Source: Patescibacteria group bacterium (GTDB lineage: Bacteria; Patescibacteriota; Microgenomatia; Levybacterales; UBA12049). Taken from it: a DNA stretch of 64,000 bases. The stretch lies in contig BPJB01000001.1 in the NCBI GenBank assembly GCA_026004395.1, positions 455,343 to 519,342 of the forward strand. The letters are read 5' to 3'. The notes beneath the pieces are model-generated. The model worked only from the letters and a program-made list of their open reading frames with translations. It had not been told where the DNA came from and ran no database searches. This document shows positions 50,714 through 60,536 of this stretch, one piece after another. The position numbers and the translations under genes were made by a program. How positions within the stretch are numbered: position 1 is the first letter of the stretch; each line of letters begins with the position of its first letter.

Positions 50714-52987
50714 TTATTTCTCAAATAATTTCTTTTCTGCTTCAGCAACTGTCTTGCGTACAGAGTCAATTGCATCTTCGGATACAGAGATACTGGTAAT
50801 ACCCCATTGCACTAGCTTTTCAACTAATAATGGATAAAGAGATGGCGCTTGACCACAAATTGAAGAAGTAATTTTATATCTATTGCATGTTTTGATCACT
50901 TTCTCCAATGCCCAAAGAATTGCCTCATTTTGTTCATCATAAATACTTGCAACTTCGCTGTTATCTCGGTCTGTACCAAGTATAAGCATAGTAAGATCGT
51001 TTGAGCCAATGGAAACCCCATCAATTCCAGCTGCAATAAATTTATCAAGCAAAATAACATTTGCAGGAATCTCAACCATCATCCATAATTTAAAAGTTGG
51101 GGAACGATGAAGACCATTTTTGGAAAGGATTTTTTTAACTTGTAAAAGTTCATTAACTGTTCTAACAAAAGGAATCATGAGTGAAAGATTTTTTAATCCT
51201 TTTTTTTCACGAACATATTTTATAGCTTCAAGTTCTAGCTCAAATACTTTTGGATCACTGATATACCTGAATGCACCTCTGTACCCAAGCATCGGATTTG
51301 GTTCAATTGGTTCATAATCTTTACCACCTACAAGTCCTCTATATTCATTTGTCTTAAAGTCGGATGCTCGATAAATAACTGGTCTGGGATTAAAAGCTAT
51401 GCAGAATTTTTCTAATGCATTTGCCATTGTATTTACAAATAAATCTTTTTTATGATCATGAATAAGTTTTTTAGGATGTATTCCTATATTAGCCATAATA
51501 AACTCTGCTCTCAAAAGTCCTATACCATCAACATTTTTAACTGCAACCTTTTCAGCAAAATCTGGTTGAGATAAATTGACATATATTTTCGTAACTGTTG
51601 TTATTTTGTTGCTTGGAACTACAGTTGAAGATTGATTTTGTATAAAAGATTTGACAATACCTCCTCTGTAAACTTCACCTTTTTCTCCATTTACAGTAAC
51701 CACCATCCCGGTTTTGAGTATTGATGTAGCTTTTTCTGTTCCAACTACTGCCGGAATTCCCAGTTCACGTGAGACAATTGCTGCGTGAGAAGTACGACCT
51801 CCTTTATCAGTAATAATTGCTACTGCTTTTTTCATTGCAGGTACATAGTCTGGATTAGTTTGAGAAGCCACAAGGATTTCTCCCATCTGAATTTTGGGGA
51901 TGTCATGAATAGAGTTAATGATACGAACTGGTCCTGAAGCAATTCCAAATGATGCAGGTGCTCCTTGTAAAATAAGAGGAAGGGTAATACTTTTTTCTGA
52001 ATTGAGATTTTTCTTTTTTGAGGTATCAATTGTTGTAATCGGTCGTGTTTGGACAATATATATTTTATCCTTCTCGATTGCCCATTCAATATCTTGAGGG
52101 AAGTAATAATGTCTCTCTAATTTCTTACCAAGTAATGCAAGATCGAGAATTTGGTTGTCAGTTATCTTTTGTTTATAACTATCTTTTTTATTTATTTTAA
52201 CTTCTTTGTTAGTTTCTTTTGTTCTTACAAGCATTGTTCCCTGATGTGCAATACGTTTTGTGATTATTTTCATTTCATTCTTATCAACCTCATAGTGATC
52301 AGGAGTCACTGCTCCTTGTACTATGAGTTCTCCAAGACCGTAAATTGCTTCAATAACAATTTTTGATTTTTCATTGGTGACTGGATCAATGGTAAACATC
52401 ACTCCTGATTTTTCAGACTCTATCATCTTTTGGACAACAATAGCGATACCAACTCTAAAATGATCAAATTTTTGTTCATGTCTATAGAAAATTGCGCGAG
52501 GTTCAAATAGAGATGCCCAAGCTTCTTTTACTTTTAGAATAAGAGAGGTCTCTCCTATAACATTCAAATATGTTTCTTGTTGTCCAGCAAATGATGCTCC
52601 AGGTAAATCTTCAGCTGTCGCGCTAGAGCGCACAGCAACTAGCGCATCTTTAAGAGGTCCGCTGAGTATTCTATAATTTCTTATTATCTCTTTTACTAGA
52701 TCCTCAGATATTTCTGAAGATTTAATCAACTTTTGAATATGAGAAGCAACCTGTAAAAGGGATTCTGATTTATCGAAGTTAACCGTTCTTAGAAGATGAT
52801 TAATTTTGGTTGTGAGATTATTCTCGCGTAAAAAATTGAAATAAGCAGTAGAAGTTATAATAAATCCGTCTGGGACTGGAAATCCTGCTTGTGTTATTTC
52901 GCCTAGGTTGGCTCCTTTCCCTCCAACTAAGGCTATATCTTCTTTATTTACCTGTCTAAACCACAAAATTGAGTTAGAAGTGGGCAT
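50714..52987 (-). CDS. ppsA: Phosphoenolpyruvate synthase (PEP-utilising enzyme: ATP-grasp N-term, phospho-His swivel domain, C-terminal TIM-barrel)
   Basis: N-terminal pyruvate-phosphate-dikinase-like ATP-grasp, mobile domain GGRTSHAAIVSRELGIPAVVG (catalytic His), C-terminal PEP-utilisers_C with IGSNDLTMLILG; 757 aa. Confidence 0.8.
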   Translation of the reverse strand: MPTSNSILWFRQVNKEDIALVGGKGANLGEITQAGFPVPDGFIITSTAYFNFLRENNLTTKINHLLRTVNFDKSESLLQVASHIQKLIKSSEISEDLVKEIIRNYRILSGPLKDALVAVRSSATAEDLPGASFAGQQETYLNVIGETSLILKVKEAWASLFEPRAIFYRHEQKFDHFRVGIAIVVQKMIESEKSGVMFTIDPVTNEKSKIVIEAIYGLGELIVQGAVTPDHYEVDKNEMKIITKRIAHQGTMLVRTKETNKEVKINKKDSYKQKITDNQILDLALLGKKLERHYYFPQDIEWAIEKDKIYIVQTRPITTIDTSKKKNLNSEKSITLPLILQGAPASFGIASGPVRIINSIHDIPKIQMGEILVASQTNPDYVPAMKKAVAIITDKGGRTSHAAIVSRELGIPAVVGTEKATSILKTGMVVTVNGEKGEVYRGGIVKSFIQNQSSTVVPSNKITTVTKIYVNLSQPDFAEKVAVKNVDGIGLLRAEFIMANIGIHPKKLIHDHKKDLFVNTMANALEKFCIAFNPRPVIYRASDFKTNEYRGLVGGKDYEPIEPNPMLGYRGAFRYISDPKVFELELEAIKYVREKKGLKNLSLMIPFVRTVNELLQVKKILSKNGLHRSPTFKLWMMVEIPANVILLDKFIAAGIDGVSIGSNDLTMLILGTDRDNSEVASIYDEQNEAILWALEKVIKTCNRYKITSSICGQAPSLYPLLVEKLVQWGITSISVSEDAIDSVRKTVAEAEKKLFEK

Positions 52988-53031
52988 TATTTTAATTATG
53001 AGAATTTAAGGTGAAAATATCAAGTGCAGAG

Positions 53032-54078
53032 TTAGCTCTCTTTTAGTTTTTGTTTAAACCAATCTACCCAGGGATTTACAGCCGGATTCTGATCATACCT
53101 AAGTGCTAAGTAAAGCGTTAGAAAACTTCCGTATACAAGTGTTTCTAAAAAATCATCATAGACAGTCTGACCTGAAGTTGAAAACTCATGCAGATCGTGT
53201 TTGTTTTGTTTGATTACGCTCATTGTCAGTTCCATTCTTTTTTTAATTTTGAAAGTATAGTTAGGAGAATTCAAAATCAGAAAATGAAGGTTATGTTTAG
53301 TTGGAAACTGGAGTCCTTCCATTAAATGGTGATTGAGATCTGGTACAAGAAAATAGGCAGAGAAAGTTTTACTTGTCTCATTAAACTGATTTCGTAAAAT
53401 TTGGGCGTTGCCTGATAGATGTTCTGCGGAAAAAATAATTGGAATTTTCTCTTCGAAAAGTTCAAAGTCAGTTAGAGCTTGATTTTTAATTTCAGGAAGT
53501 TTCTCTTCTAATCGAATAATTGAGTTTGTAATCTCTTTTTCTTCAAGAGTAATGATACGTGCTTTATTTAGTAGGCCTAAAAGACCAAGAATTGTGTATC
53601 CATTGCCAAGTCTGGGAACGTTAGAAGGATTTAACTTGCCATCGAAAATATAAGATGGAATATTATTTGTTTTTGCAAAATGCGCAAGTTGACCTCCTTT
53701 TGTTAAAATCAGCATCTTAGCTCTTTTTGCTTTTGCTTCTTCAGCGCAAGATAAAACTTCCTCAGTTGTCCCTGAGTAAGAGGTTAGAACGACAAGAGTA
53801 TTTTCATCAACATATGCAGGTAAATGATAATCTGTGACAATCTCAGTAGGGTAGAGAAGTTCGAGTCCAAGAAGTGATTTTACAACGAGTGCACCATATA
53901 TTGATGCACCCATTCCACAGAAAACTATATTTTCGATTGAAGAAGCATCAAATGCTAAATCGAGTGTGCTAACTTCCTCCCATGCGACTTTACATTGTTT
54001 GACAAGAAGTTCAGTGGATTCTACTGTATTTTGTGGGTCAATTTTTTTTACAGCTTCTTGATCAAGTACATTTTGCAT
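53032..54078 (-). CDS. SIS-domain bifunctional phosphoglucose/phosphomannose isomerase (archaeal-type PGI/PMI) candidate
   Basis: Two SIS-like halves (..IVFCGMGASIYGALVVKS.. ; ..VVLTSYSGTTEEVL..); ~348 aa fits the PGI/PMI family size. Confidence 0.55.
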   Translation of the reverse strand: MQNVLDQEAVKKIDPQNTVESTELLVKQCKVAWEEVSTLDLAFDASSIENIVFCGMGASIYGALVVKSLLGLELLYPTEIVTDYHLPAYVDENTLVVLTSYSGTTEEVLSCAEEAKAKRAKMLILTKGGQLAHFAKTNNIPSYIFDGKLNPSNVPRLGNGYTILGLLGLLNKARIITLEEKEITNSIIRLEEKLPEIKNQALTDFELFEEKIPIIFSAEHLSGNAQILRNQFNETSKTFSAYFLVPDLNHHLMEGLQFPTKHNLHFLILNSPNYTFKIKKRMELTMSVIKQNKHDLHEFSTSGQTVYDDFLETLVYGSFLTLYLALRYDQNPAVNPWVDWFKQKLKES

Positions 54079-54116
54079 ATCTTAATTTAACTAACAAATA
54101 AAGTTGGTCTGAAATA

Positions 54117-54554
54117 TTATTCTTCTCCACGTTCTAATTTACGTTGTTGAGGTGTTTCATCAGGGCGATGATAATCATCCTCCAAACGATAAGTTGTTCC
54201 TGTTTCTGGCGTTGATACTTCAATAATATCACAATCTGTTATCCCAATGAGCCTATGACGTTGTCCGATGGAACATGTATATCCAACACCGGGTTGTAAC
54301 ATTGTCTCTACTAAATTACCTTCATCATTATCCCAGAGAACTTTTGCCTGTCCATTTATTAAAAGCCAACTTTCCTGCTTGGTATCATGTACTTGAAGAG
54401 AAAGACGCGTACCTTTATTAATATGCAGTATTTTCCCCATGTAGGGAAGTGTACTAGGTGTCCAGTGCAACTCATAACCCCATGGTTTTTCTATTTTACG
54501 AGAGAATGGTTCGATATTAAATGATGTTTTTTTGAAATTTTTGTAGTCAAGCAT
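54117..54554 (-). CDS. Cupin-domain protein (mannose-6-phosphate isomerase type-II-like cupin)
   Basis: 145 aa small beta-barrel with His-rich metal site context (..LSLQVHDTKQESWLLINGQA.. ..GQRHRLIG..). Confidence 0.45.
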   Translation of the reverse strand: MLDYKNFKKTSFNIEPFSRKIEKPWGYELHWTPSTLPYMGKILHINKGTRLSLQVHDTKQESWLLINGQAKVLWDNDEGNLVETMLQPGVGYTCSIGQRHRLIGITDCDIIEVSTPETGTTYRLEDDYHRPDETPQQRKLERGEE

Positions 54555-54680
54555 TTATAATATTTTTAATTTATCATTCTCTTTTTTATAGCGCAAGATC
54601 TAGTTTTTTCCTTATTTTAAAAGTTTTCCAAAATAACAAAAAAAACTAATTTGTATAAAGCTTGCAGTTAAAAGTTGCAT

Positions 54681-55496
54681 TCAGTCAGACTCTACAGTAC
54701 TTAGGATAAGAGACTTAATCTGTGAGAACATCACTTCATTCGCACTTACAAGCAAATGACGTTTACCATATTTTATATATTCAGTCGTCAATCCCGCTTC
54801 GCGGAAAAGAATTATTCGAGGAGCTTGATCTACTAGTTTTGTTTTTTGATTTAAGACTAAATATCCGTCAATTGCTCCAGTTAAAAGATAAGGTGGAAAT
54901 GCACCACCAGAAATACGTACTCTATATACATTATTAAAAATAGTCGTTAAGATATTGCAGTTCTCATCTGAGTATATATCTTTTCCACCCAGATCAATAT
55001 CAATAATTGCTTGTTGAATATTTCGTTGATTACTAACGTTAGAAGATAATTGTTTCCCATTTAAAGATACACCATTTCCGTAACTTGCTGAAAAAAGTTG
55101 ATCAGAAAGAGGATGATAAATATGTCCAAGAATAGGATTTTCTTTATAGAGAAGTGCTACTTGAACAAAAAACATAGGAAGTTGAAACGCAAAATTTTTT
55201 GAACCATCCAGAGGGTCAATTGTCCAATTGTATTCAGATTTTTTATTTGATTCTCCTTCTTCAACAATAAATCCAGCATTAGGGAAAATAGCTTGCAACT
55301 CAGTTCTTAAAAAATTTTCTGATTCTAAATCTACTTTTGTGAATAGATCTCGTTTGTCTTTGTAGGAAACGTCAATTATCTTACCCCATGATTCAGAAAC
55401 TTTTATACCTGCCTTTTTTATAATTTCAGCAGACTGCAGTTCTAATTTTTTAAGTTCAGATGAGGTTATCACGGCAATTTTACTGAAATACATCAA
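54681..55496 (-). CDS. Inositol monophosphatase / fructose-1,6-bisphosphatase family (IMPase/FBPase) enzyme
   Basis: Metal-binding motifs ..FIVEEGES.. and WTIDPLDGSKNF (WxIDPLDGT consensus), ..GGAF.. C-terminal region; 271 aa. Confidence 0.75.
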   Translation of the reverse strand: MMYFSKIAVITSSELKKLELQSAEIIKKAGIKVSESWGKIIDVSYKDKRDLFTKVDLESENFLRTELQAIFPNAGFIVEEGESNKKSEYNWTIDPLDGSKNFAFQLPMFFVQVALLYKENPILGHIYHPLSDQLFSASYGNGVSLNGKQLSSNVSNQRNIQQAIIDIDLGGKDIYSDENCNILTTIFNNVYRVRISGGAFPPYLLTGAIDGYLVLNQKTKLVDQAPRIILFREAGLTTEYIKYGKRHLLVSANEVMFSQIKSLILSTVESD

Positions 55497-57300
55497 CTTT
55501 TATAGTTGAAAGTATCTCATCAAATTTTTGGGCAATATCTTTCTCAATTGCTTCTGCTTCTTTATCAAGCTGTTCTTTTGTTTTATTCTTAAGACTTCCT
55601 TTAACAGCAGTATAATACTTCATCTTAGGTTCAGTTCCAGATGGTCTAACATGAACAACTGTCCGTTCGTCATCGCTAAAGAAAAAAGAAAGCATATCTC
55701 CTTTATCCCAGTTACGTTTTTCAATTACTTCATTTGTTTGTCCATCTTTTACTTCTCCAGTCAGTCTATCAAGTACTTTGACAACTTTTCTTCCAGCAAT
55801 CTCTTGAGGAAGATTTTTTCGTAGTCTCTTCATAGCAAGGTTCATTTGATCAAAAGCTCCAAATCCATCAATAACTTTGTAATACAGCCTTTCTGCATAA
55901 TAACCGTATTTCTGATAAATAAACTCTAAAAGTTCGATGGGAGTAATCGAATTGTCTTTACAGTAGGCTGCCATCTCAGCTGCTATGACAGCTGGTGTCT
56001 CGGCTCCTTTATCTCTATAAGCAGTTCCGAAAAGATAGCCAACGCTCTCCTCAGCTGCAAAAATAAATTTTTTGTCTTTGGGAAGATTTTCAATTCTATC
56101 ACCAATAAACTTGAATCCTACTAACAAATCTCCTATAACTTCAACACCAAAACTTTCTGCAATATCACGAAAAAGATCTGTCGTCACTGAGGTTTTTATC
56201 ATGACAGGATTTTTTGGCAAAAGCCCTTTCTTTTTTAGTGTATCAAGAATAAAATATGCCATTATAACTGCACCTTGATTACCATTAAGAGGTACCCATG
56301 TACCATTGTTATCAGGAACTGCCATTCCTAATCTATCAGCATCAGGATCAGAGAGAAGGACGATGTCAGCTTTTTCTTTTTTAGCAAGTTCAATTGCTTG
56401 ATTATAAACTCTCGGAAATTCAGGATTGGGGAATTGGCCTTCTACATTAGGAAAGTCCCCATCTAAACTCATTTGTTCTTTAACAAGGACGATGTCCTTA
56501 AATCCTAACTCTCTTAAAACAGGAAGAACAGATTGCGAACCTACTCCATGCATTGGAGAATAAACTATTTTTACATTTCTACCCCCATAAATAGAAGCAG
56601 CTTTTGCCGCGTTGGCAAATGCCTGATCTACCTCTTGACCAATAGTATGCACAAGTCCGCAAGAAACTGCTTCTTCAAAATCCATTTTATTTATCTTGGT
56701 AATAGAGTTAAATTCTTGTTCTATAAGTCGTCCTGTATCAGGTAAAACTTGAACACCATGCTCATCATAGACTTTGTAACCATTGTATTGTGGGGGATTG
56801 TGACTTGCTGTAATGACGATGCCACCAACACAGCCTAAATATCTTACCGCAAAGGACAATTCAGGAGTAGCTCGATAATAATTAAACATATAGACAGGAA
56901 TACCGTTTGCAGCTAAAACTCTTGCAGTTTGATAAGCAAATTCCTCGGAGTTGTGTCTACTATCATATGCAAGAGCAACACCTTTTTTGACCTTACTTTT
57001 TTTGTGTTTTAACAGATACTGTGAATATGCTTGCGATGCCCATCTAATCATGTAGTTATTAATACGATTTGTGCCAATATCCATGATTCCCCGAATGCCT
57101 CCTGTTCCAAATACAAGTACACGATAAAATTTATCCATAAGTTGCTCCCAATTATTACTCTCAATTTCTTGAACTAATTGAGGTACAAATTCTTTAAATT
57201 CATCATCAGTTAGCCATTTAACGATTTCATTGTACGAAGTGCTATTGAGTTTTTTATCTTGAAGAGCTTGATTGAGGTGGTTGAAAATCTTTTGACTCAT
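55480..57300 (-). CDS. Phosphoglucomutase/phosphomannomutase (alpha-D-phosphohexomutase superfamily)
   Basis: Active-site phosphoserine loop TASHNPPQYNGYKV, metal loop DPDADR, sugar-binding ..GEESVG-like AAEESVGY.. ; 606 aa. Confidence 0.85.
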   Translation of the reverse strand: MSQKIFNHLNQALQDKKLNSTSYNEIVKWLTDDEFKEFVPQLVQEIESNNWEQLMDKFYRVLVFGTGGIRGIMDIGTNRINNYMIRWASQAYSQYLLKHKKSKVKKGVALAYDSRHNSEEFAYQTARVLAANGIPVYMFNYYRATPELSFAVRYLGCVGGIVITASHNPPQYNGYKVYDEHGVQVLPDTGRLIEQEFNSITKINKMDFEEAVSCGLVHTIGQEVDQAFANAAKAASIYGGRNVKIVYSPMHGVGSQSVLPVLRELGFKDIVLVKEQMSLDGDFPNVEGQFPNPEFPRVYNQAIELAKKEKADIVLLSDPDADRLGMAVPDNNGTWVPLNGNQGAVIMAYFILDTLKKKGLLPKNPVMIKTSVTTDLFRDIAESFGVEVIGDLLVGFKFIGDRIENLPKDKKFIFAAEESVGYLFGTAYRDKGAETPAVIAAEMAAYCKDNSITPIELLEFIYQKYGYYAERLYYKVIDGFGAFDQMNLAMKRLRKNLPQEIAGRKVVKVLDRLTGEVKDGQTNEVIEKRNWDKGDMLSFFFSDDERTVVHVRPSGTEPKMKYYTAVKGSLKNKTKEQLDKEAEAIEKDIAQKFDEILSTIKVDVFQ

Positions 57301-57320
57301 ACAAAAGAATATCTCGTATA

Positions 57321-58013
57321 TTACATCTCTAATAGAAGCATGTCAATGGCTGTGTCTAATGTAACTGGTAAAATACCTGTTTTTTGTTGATAATCTATCA
57401 TATAAAGTCTTTTATGCAAAAATCGCAGTTGATCTTCTGAAAAAAACTTTGCTTGTTTTTGATACTTATTCAACTGCCAAGGAGCTAGCCGCTTGATTTC
57501 ATCGATAAATTCTCCTTTGGAATTAACCAATGAGAGAAGAATGCGTACTTGCCTGACTAACATGTGAAAAACCATCTCAGATTCCACTGTTTCCAATGTT
57601 TTATGATGCAAAGATATAAGCTTTATACCGTTTCCTGGACGAAGGCTATCCAAAAAAAGAAATAGTGTTTGAGGAAGATTACAGGTTTTAACTACTGAAT
57701 GAGGAAAAAGTGAGAGCACTTTTTTATCTAGTTGTCTACCTTCCCAAAGAATTATATCTTTTTCAAGTGTTTTTTCTTTAATAATATCAAGTAGAGTATC
57801 TGATGGTTTCAAAGGTTTTTTTCTTGAGAGAATTTGTTCGATTATGATTGTTTTATTTTCATTAAAAAGTCCATCACCCTCTAATATTTGTACAAGATCT
57901 GTAAGTGATACATTTTCTCCATTGATAGTAATTGCCTCTGGAAATTTTCTTTTAAAATCAAGAAGAAGATTGCGCGATGTTGCTATGTCATCTCCGTGAA
58001 TAATGGTTAGCAT
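57321..58013 (-). CDS. Possible DNA polymerase III delta subunit (HolA-like), short (230 aa)
   Basis: N-terminal MLTIIHGDD.. resembles the HolA start (YGDD-type clamp-loader delta); otherwise weak. Position directly before a metabolic cluster is uninformative. Confidence 0.3.
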   Translation of the reverse strand: MLTIIHGDDIATSRNLLLDFKRKFPEAITINGENVSLTDLVQILEGDGLFNENKTIIIEQILSRKKPLKPSDTLLDIIKEKTLEKDIILWEGRQLDKKVLSLFPHSVVKTCNLPQTLFLFLDSLRPGNGIKLISLHHKTLETVESEMVFHMLVRQVRILLSLVNSKGEFIDEIKRLAPWQLNKYQKQAKFFSEDQLRFLHKRLYMIDYQQKTGILPVTLDTAIDMLLLEM

Positions 58014-58022
58014 AATTAGTAA

Positions 58023-58403
58023 TTATAATTGATTATTTTTTTTGTAGTCTTGGAAAAGCCTCTTGACCAGAGTATTGAGATTTCGCGATCGAGTACGGTG
58101 TGGGAGAAGAGAGCCAGAAAAGTTTTTAGGAATATGAAGAAGTTCATGAATAAGTACTTTTTTCTTGGTATCACTATCTAATTTATCATATTTTTCTGAG
58201 ATTACTTCAATGACATAGGCAGAGTGAATATTCAGAGCTTTTTGAAATATTTTGGGAAAACACCATATTCGTGCATAAGCTCTAGATTTTGATCCGTAAG
58301 TTCTATATACGAAAATTCTATCCGATTTAATATACGGTAAATTGATGTACCGCAATAATTCTTCAAGGTCATTTTTTACATCTTGAGCTTCTTCCCATCG
58401 CAT
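58023..58403 (-). CDS. Small putative zinc metallo-hydrolase with HEXXH (IHELLH), DUF45/SprT-like
   Basis: 126 aa; single HEXXH motif LIHELLHIPKNFSGSLLPH near the C-terminus; no TM. Confidence 0.3.
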   Translation of the reverse strand: MRWEEAQDVKNDLEELLRYINLPYIKSDRIFVYRTYGSKSRAYARIWCFPKIFQKALNIHSAYVIEVISEKYDKLDSDTKKKVLIHELLHIPKNFSGSLLPHRTRSRNLNTLVKRLFQDYKKNNQL

Positions 58404-58410
58404 AGTTATC

Positions 58411-59559
58411 TTACAACTTCATCATCCACTCAAATGTAGTTTGCAAGACATGTGAAAGAGATATTGATGAGTTTTTTTTATTTGTAGTCTGACGAAAATC
58501 AATTTCATATTTAGGTGCTTGTTCAGTCGCTACACCTAGAATCTTTTTCATAAGCGATGGTTCACCTTTTATTTTTTTCATTTTCTCAATAAAATTGTAC
58601 TGAGCAGTTTTAGATCCATTCTCAGCAAGAAATGAAAATTGTGAGAATATACCTGATGCTTTCAGAAGAAAAGGAACAATAGCTACTATATCAGGATCAT
58701 TCCACGTTGTCTCAAATGCTTTCTGATAATATTGAGCGCGCGTTGCATCATCTACTGCATTGGCTGACCACCCGGTTTCTGTAATAAAAATGGGAAGACG
58801 TTTATTAGCAAATTGTTTAATTAATTCACGCTCGTATGCAAAGCTGCTAATACTTCTGCTGTTTTGTATGTGGGGTGGTTGAGAAAATGCTGGATTTGGG
58901 TAGGAATGGCTTGCATAACCATCTATTTGATTAAATATACCCGGGACTGCATCATTCATCATCCTAATAAATCTATACTGGTCTATATAATCTGTACCTT
59001 TATTAGGAGCAGCATTATCAAATCCTCCTCCTATGATAAAAAAATCCTGATTTAAAGATTTGAAAAATGTAACAGCAAAACTAAGAATATCAGCATATTC
59101 GGCAGGATTTGCGGCACCACCCCATTCATCTCCTCGATTTGGTTCGTTAAAAACAACAACATACCTGTTTTTGGTTGGCCAATCAAGAGAATTGAGAAAA
59201 TTGGCAAAATCAATGATATCTTCATAACGCGGTTTTCGCCATACATGTGTATTAAAATAATCACCTTCTGTTGCTAAACGAATTATGGGAATTACATGTA
59301 ATCTTGCAGCTTCATTCATAAAATGTTGCCACTTTTCAAGATCTCTATCATTTGCTTGAAGAGGTATTACTACATATCCCCAATCTCCGCCATTGGTATT
59401 AATCAATTTTGCAGCATCTTCTAACTCAGTTGTAAAAAGGATATGAATACCTATTTTGTTGTTGGGTTTGCTTAGCGGATCTTCAATAGCAAGTGCTTGA
59501 GTAACATTGCCAAGATTAAAACACACAATAAAAATGATTGAAAATAATAGCCGCTTCAT
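58411..59559 (-). CDS. Secreted clan GH-A glycoside hydrolase (GH5-like (beta/alpha)8 barrel)
   Basis: Signal peptide MKRLLFSIIFIVCFNLGNVTQALA; acid/base motif VVFNEPNRGDEW (NEP) and nucleophile motif IFITETGWS (TExG). Confidence 0.5.
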   Translation of the reverse strand: MKRLLFSIIFIVCFNLGNVTQALAIEDPLSKPNNKIGIHILFTTELEDAAKLINTNGGDWGYVVIPLQANDRDLEKWQHFMNEAARLHVIPIIRLATEGDYFNTHVWRKPRYEDIIDFANFLNSLDWPTKNRYVVVFNEPNRGDEWGGAANPAEYADILSFAVTFFKSLNQDFFIIGGGFDNAAPNKGTDYIDQYRFIRMMNDAVPGIFNQIDGYASHSYPNPAFSQPPHIQNSRSISSFAYERELIKQFANKRLPIFITETGWSANAVDDATRAQYYQKAFETTWNDPDIVAIVPFLLKASGIFSQFSFLAENGSKTAQYNFIEKMKKIKGEPSLMKKILGVATEQAPKYEIDFRQTTNKKNSSISLSHVLQTTFEWMMKL

Positions 59560-59729
59560 TGCAGTTTATTATATCAGTTTTAGATGATAGTCTCGTATGA
59601 CAGTACTTAATCCAAATTTTTAGTATGCTATTATTTTTTTCAGTCTTTCAGTGAATATTGACTAAGTTGTTAAAATTGTCACTATTATATTCAAAATAAG
59701 TTTTATATTATGAAAGTTTTTAAGGTATA

Positions 59730-60497
59730 TTAATCTGCAGCTGTTTTAAGTGGAATATATGGTATGTTTTTTTGAAGTGCTTTTTCAGCTAGGTGATAAA
59801 AACAGTCTGCTAAATTGCTACTCAGCTTTGTTCCTTTTGCTATACCATTATCCTCTGGAGTTCTAAACCATCTAGCTATTTCTATTTGCATGCCGACCAC
59901 ATGCGGAAGATCTGCGCGCAGCATTTTTTGCATAAGTGTTCTCTCAAGTGTTGCTCCCCATACTTCACCTTCTTTAGGAACAGAAGATGGAATATACACT
60001 CTATAGCCTCTCTGGGTAAGAAATTCTTCTAGATCATAATCAAGAGTAGTTTCCTTTACAGTTCTTCTGTGAGCAGTTCCTGCAATAAGATCATATGTAC
60101 CAAAATAAGGTTGTTTTGTGCAACCATGTAAATCGATAAAAAGCAAACTTTTTTGATAAATTGATGATTTAAGCGCTTCAATAACAGTCTGATCATAAAA
60201 TTGGGCTATCTGAGGGGTGATTCGTCTTCGATGAACAAGTTGATTGATAAAAAGTGGTGTTTTGCCGTATCTCTCAGTCATGAAATGATATATTTCATAA
60301 CCAATTTTTCGGACTGCTAGATCACGTTTGCCTTGAGATAACTGATACGGTAGTTTTACTCCATCAAGTTCACTCAAATCTCCATCATGGGGTATAGTGA
60401 TGATAAGAGGTAAAGAACCATCTCCTAGTATCTCGATCGTGTTTTCTAATGCATGCTCAGGAAAAATTGGAAACTCAGTTTCTAGAAATTCTTTCAT
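59730..60497 (-). CDS. N-formylglutamate amidohydrolase-family (FGase-like) zinc hydrolase candidate
   Basis: 255 aa with ..IPHDGD.. and ..IDLHGC.. metal-site-like motifs in the typical FGase order; tentative. Confidence 0.3.
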   Translation of the reverse strand: MKEFLETEFPIFPEHALENTIEILGDGSLPLIITIPHDGDLSELDGVKLPYQLSQGKRDLAVRKIGYEIYHFMTERYGKTPLFINQLVHRRRITPQIAQFYDQTVIEALKSSIYQKSLLFIDLHGCTKQPYFGTYDLIAGTAHRRTVKETTLDYDLEEFLTQRGYRVYIPSSVPKEGEVWGATLERTLMQKMLRADLPHVVGMQIEIARWFRTPEDNGIAKGTKLSSNLADCFYHLAEKALQKNIPYIPLKTAAD

Positions 60498-60536
60498 GTT
60501 AATGATTTTACGTAATAGGTTGTATAATTACAAGTT

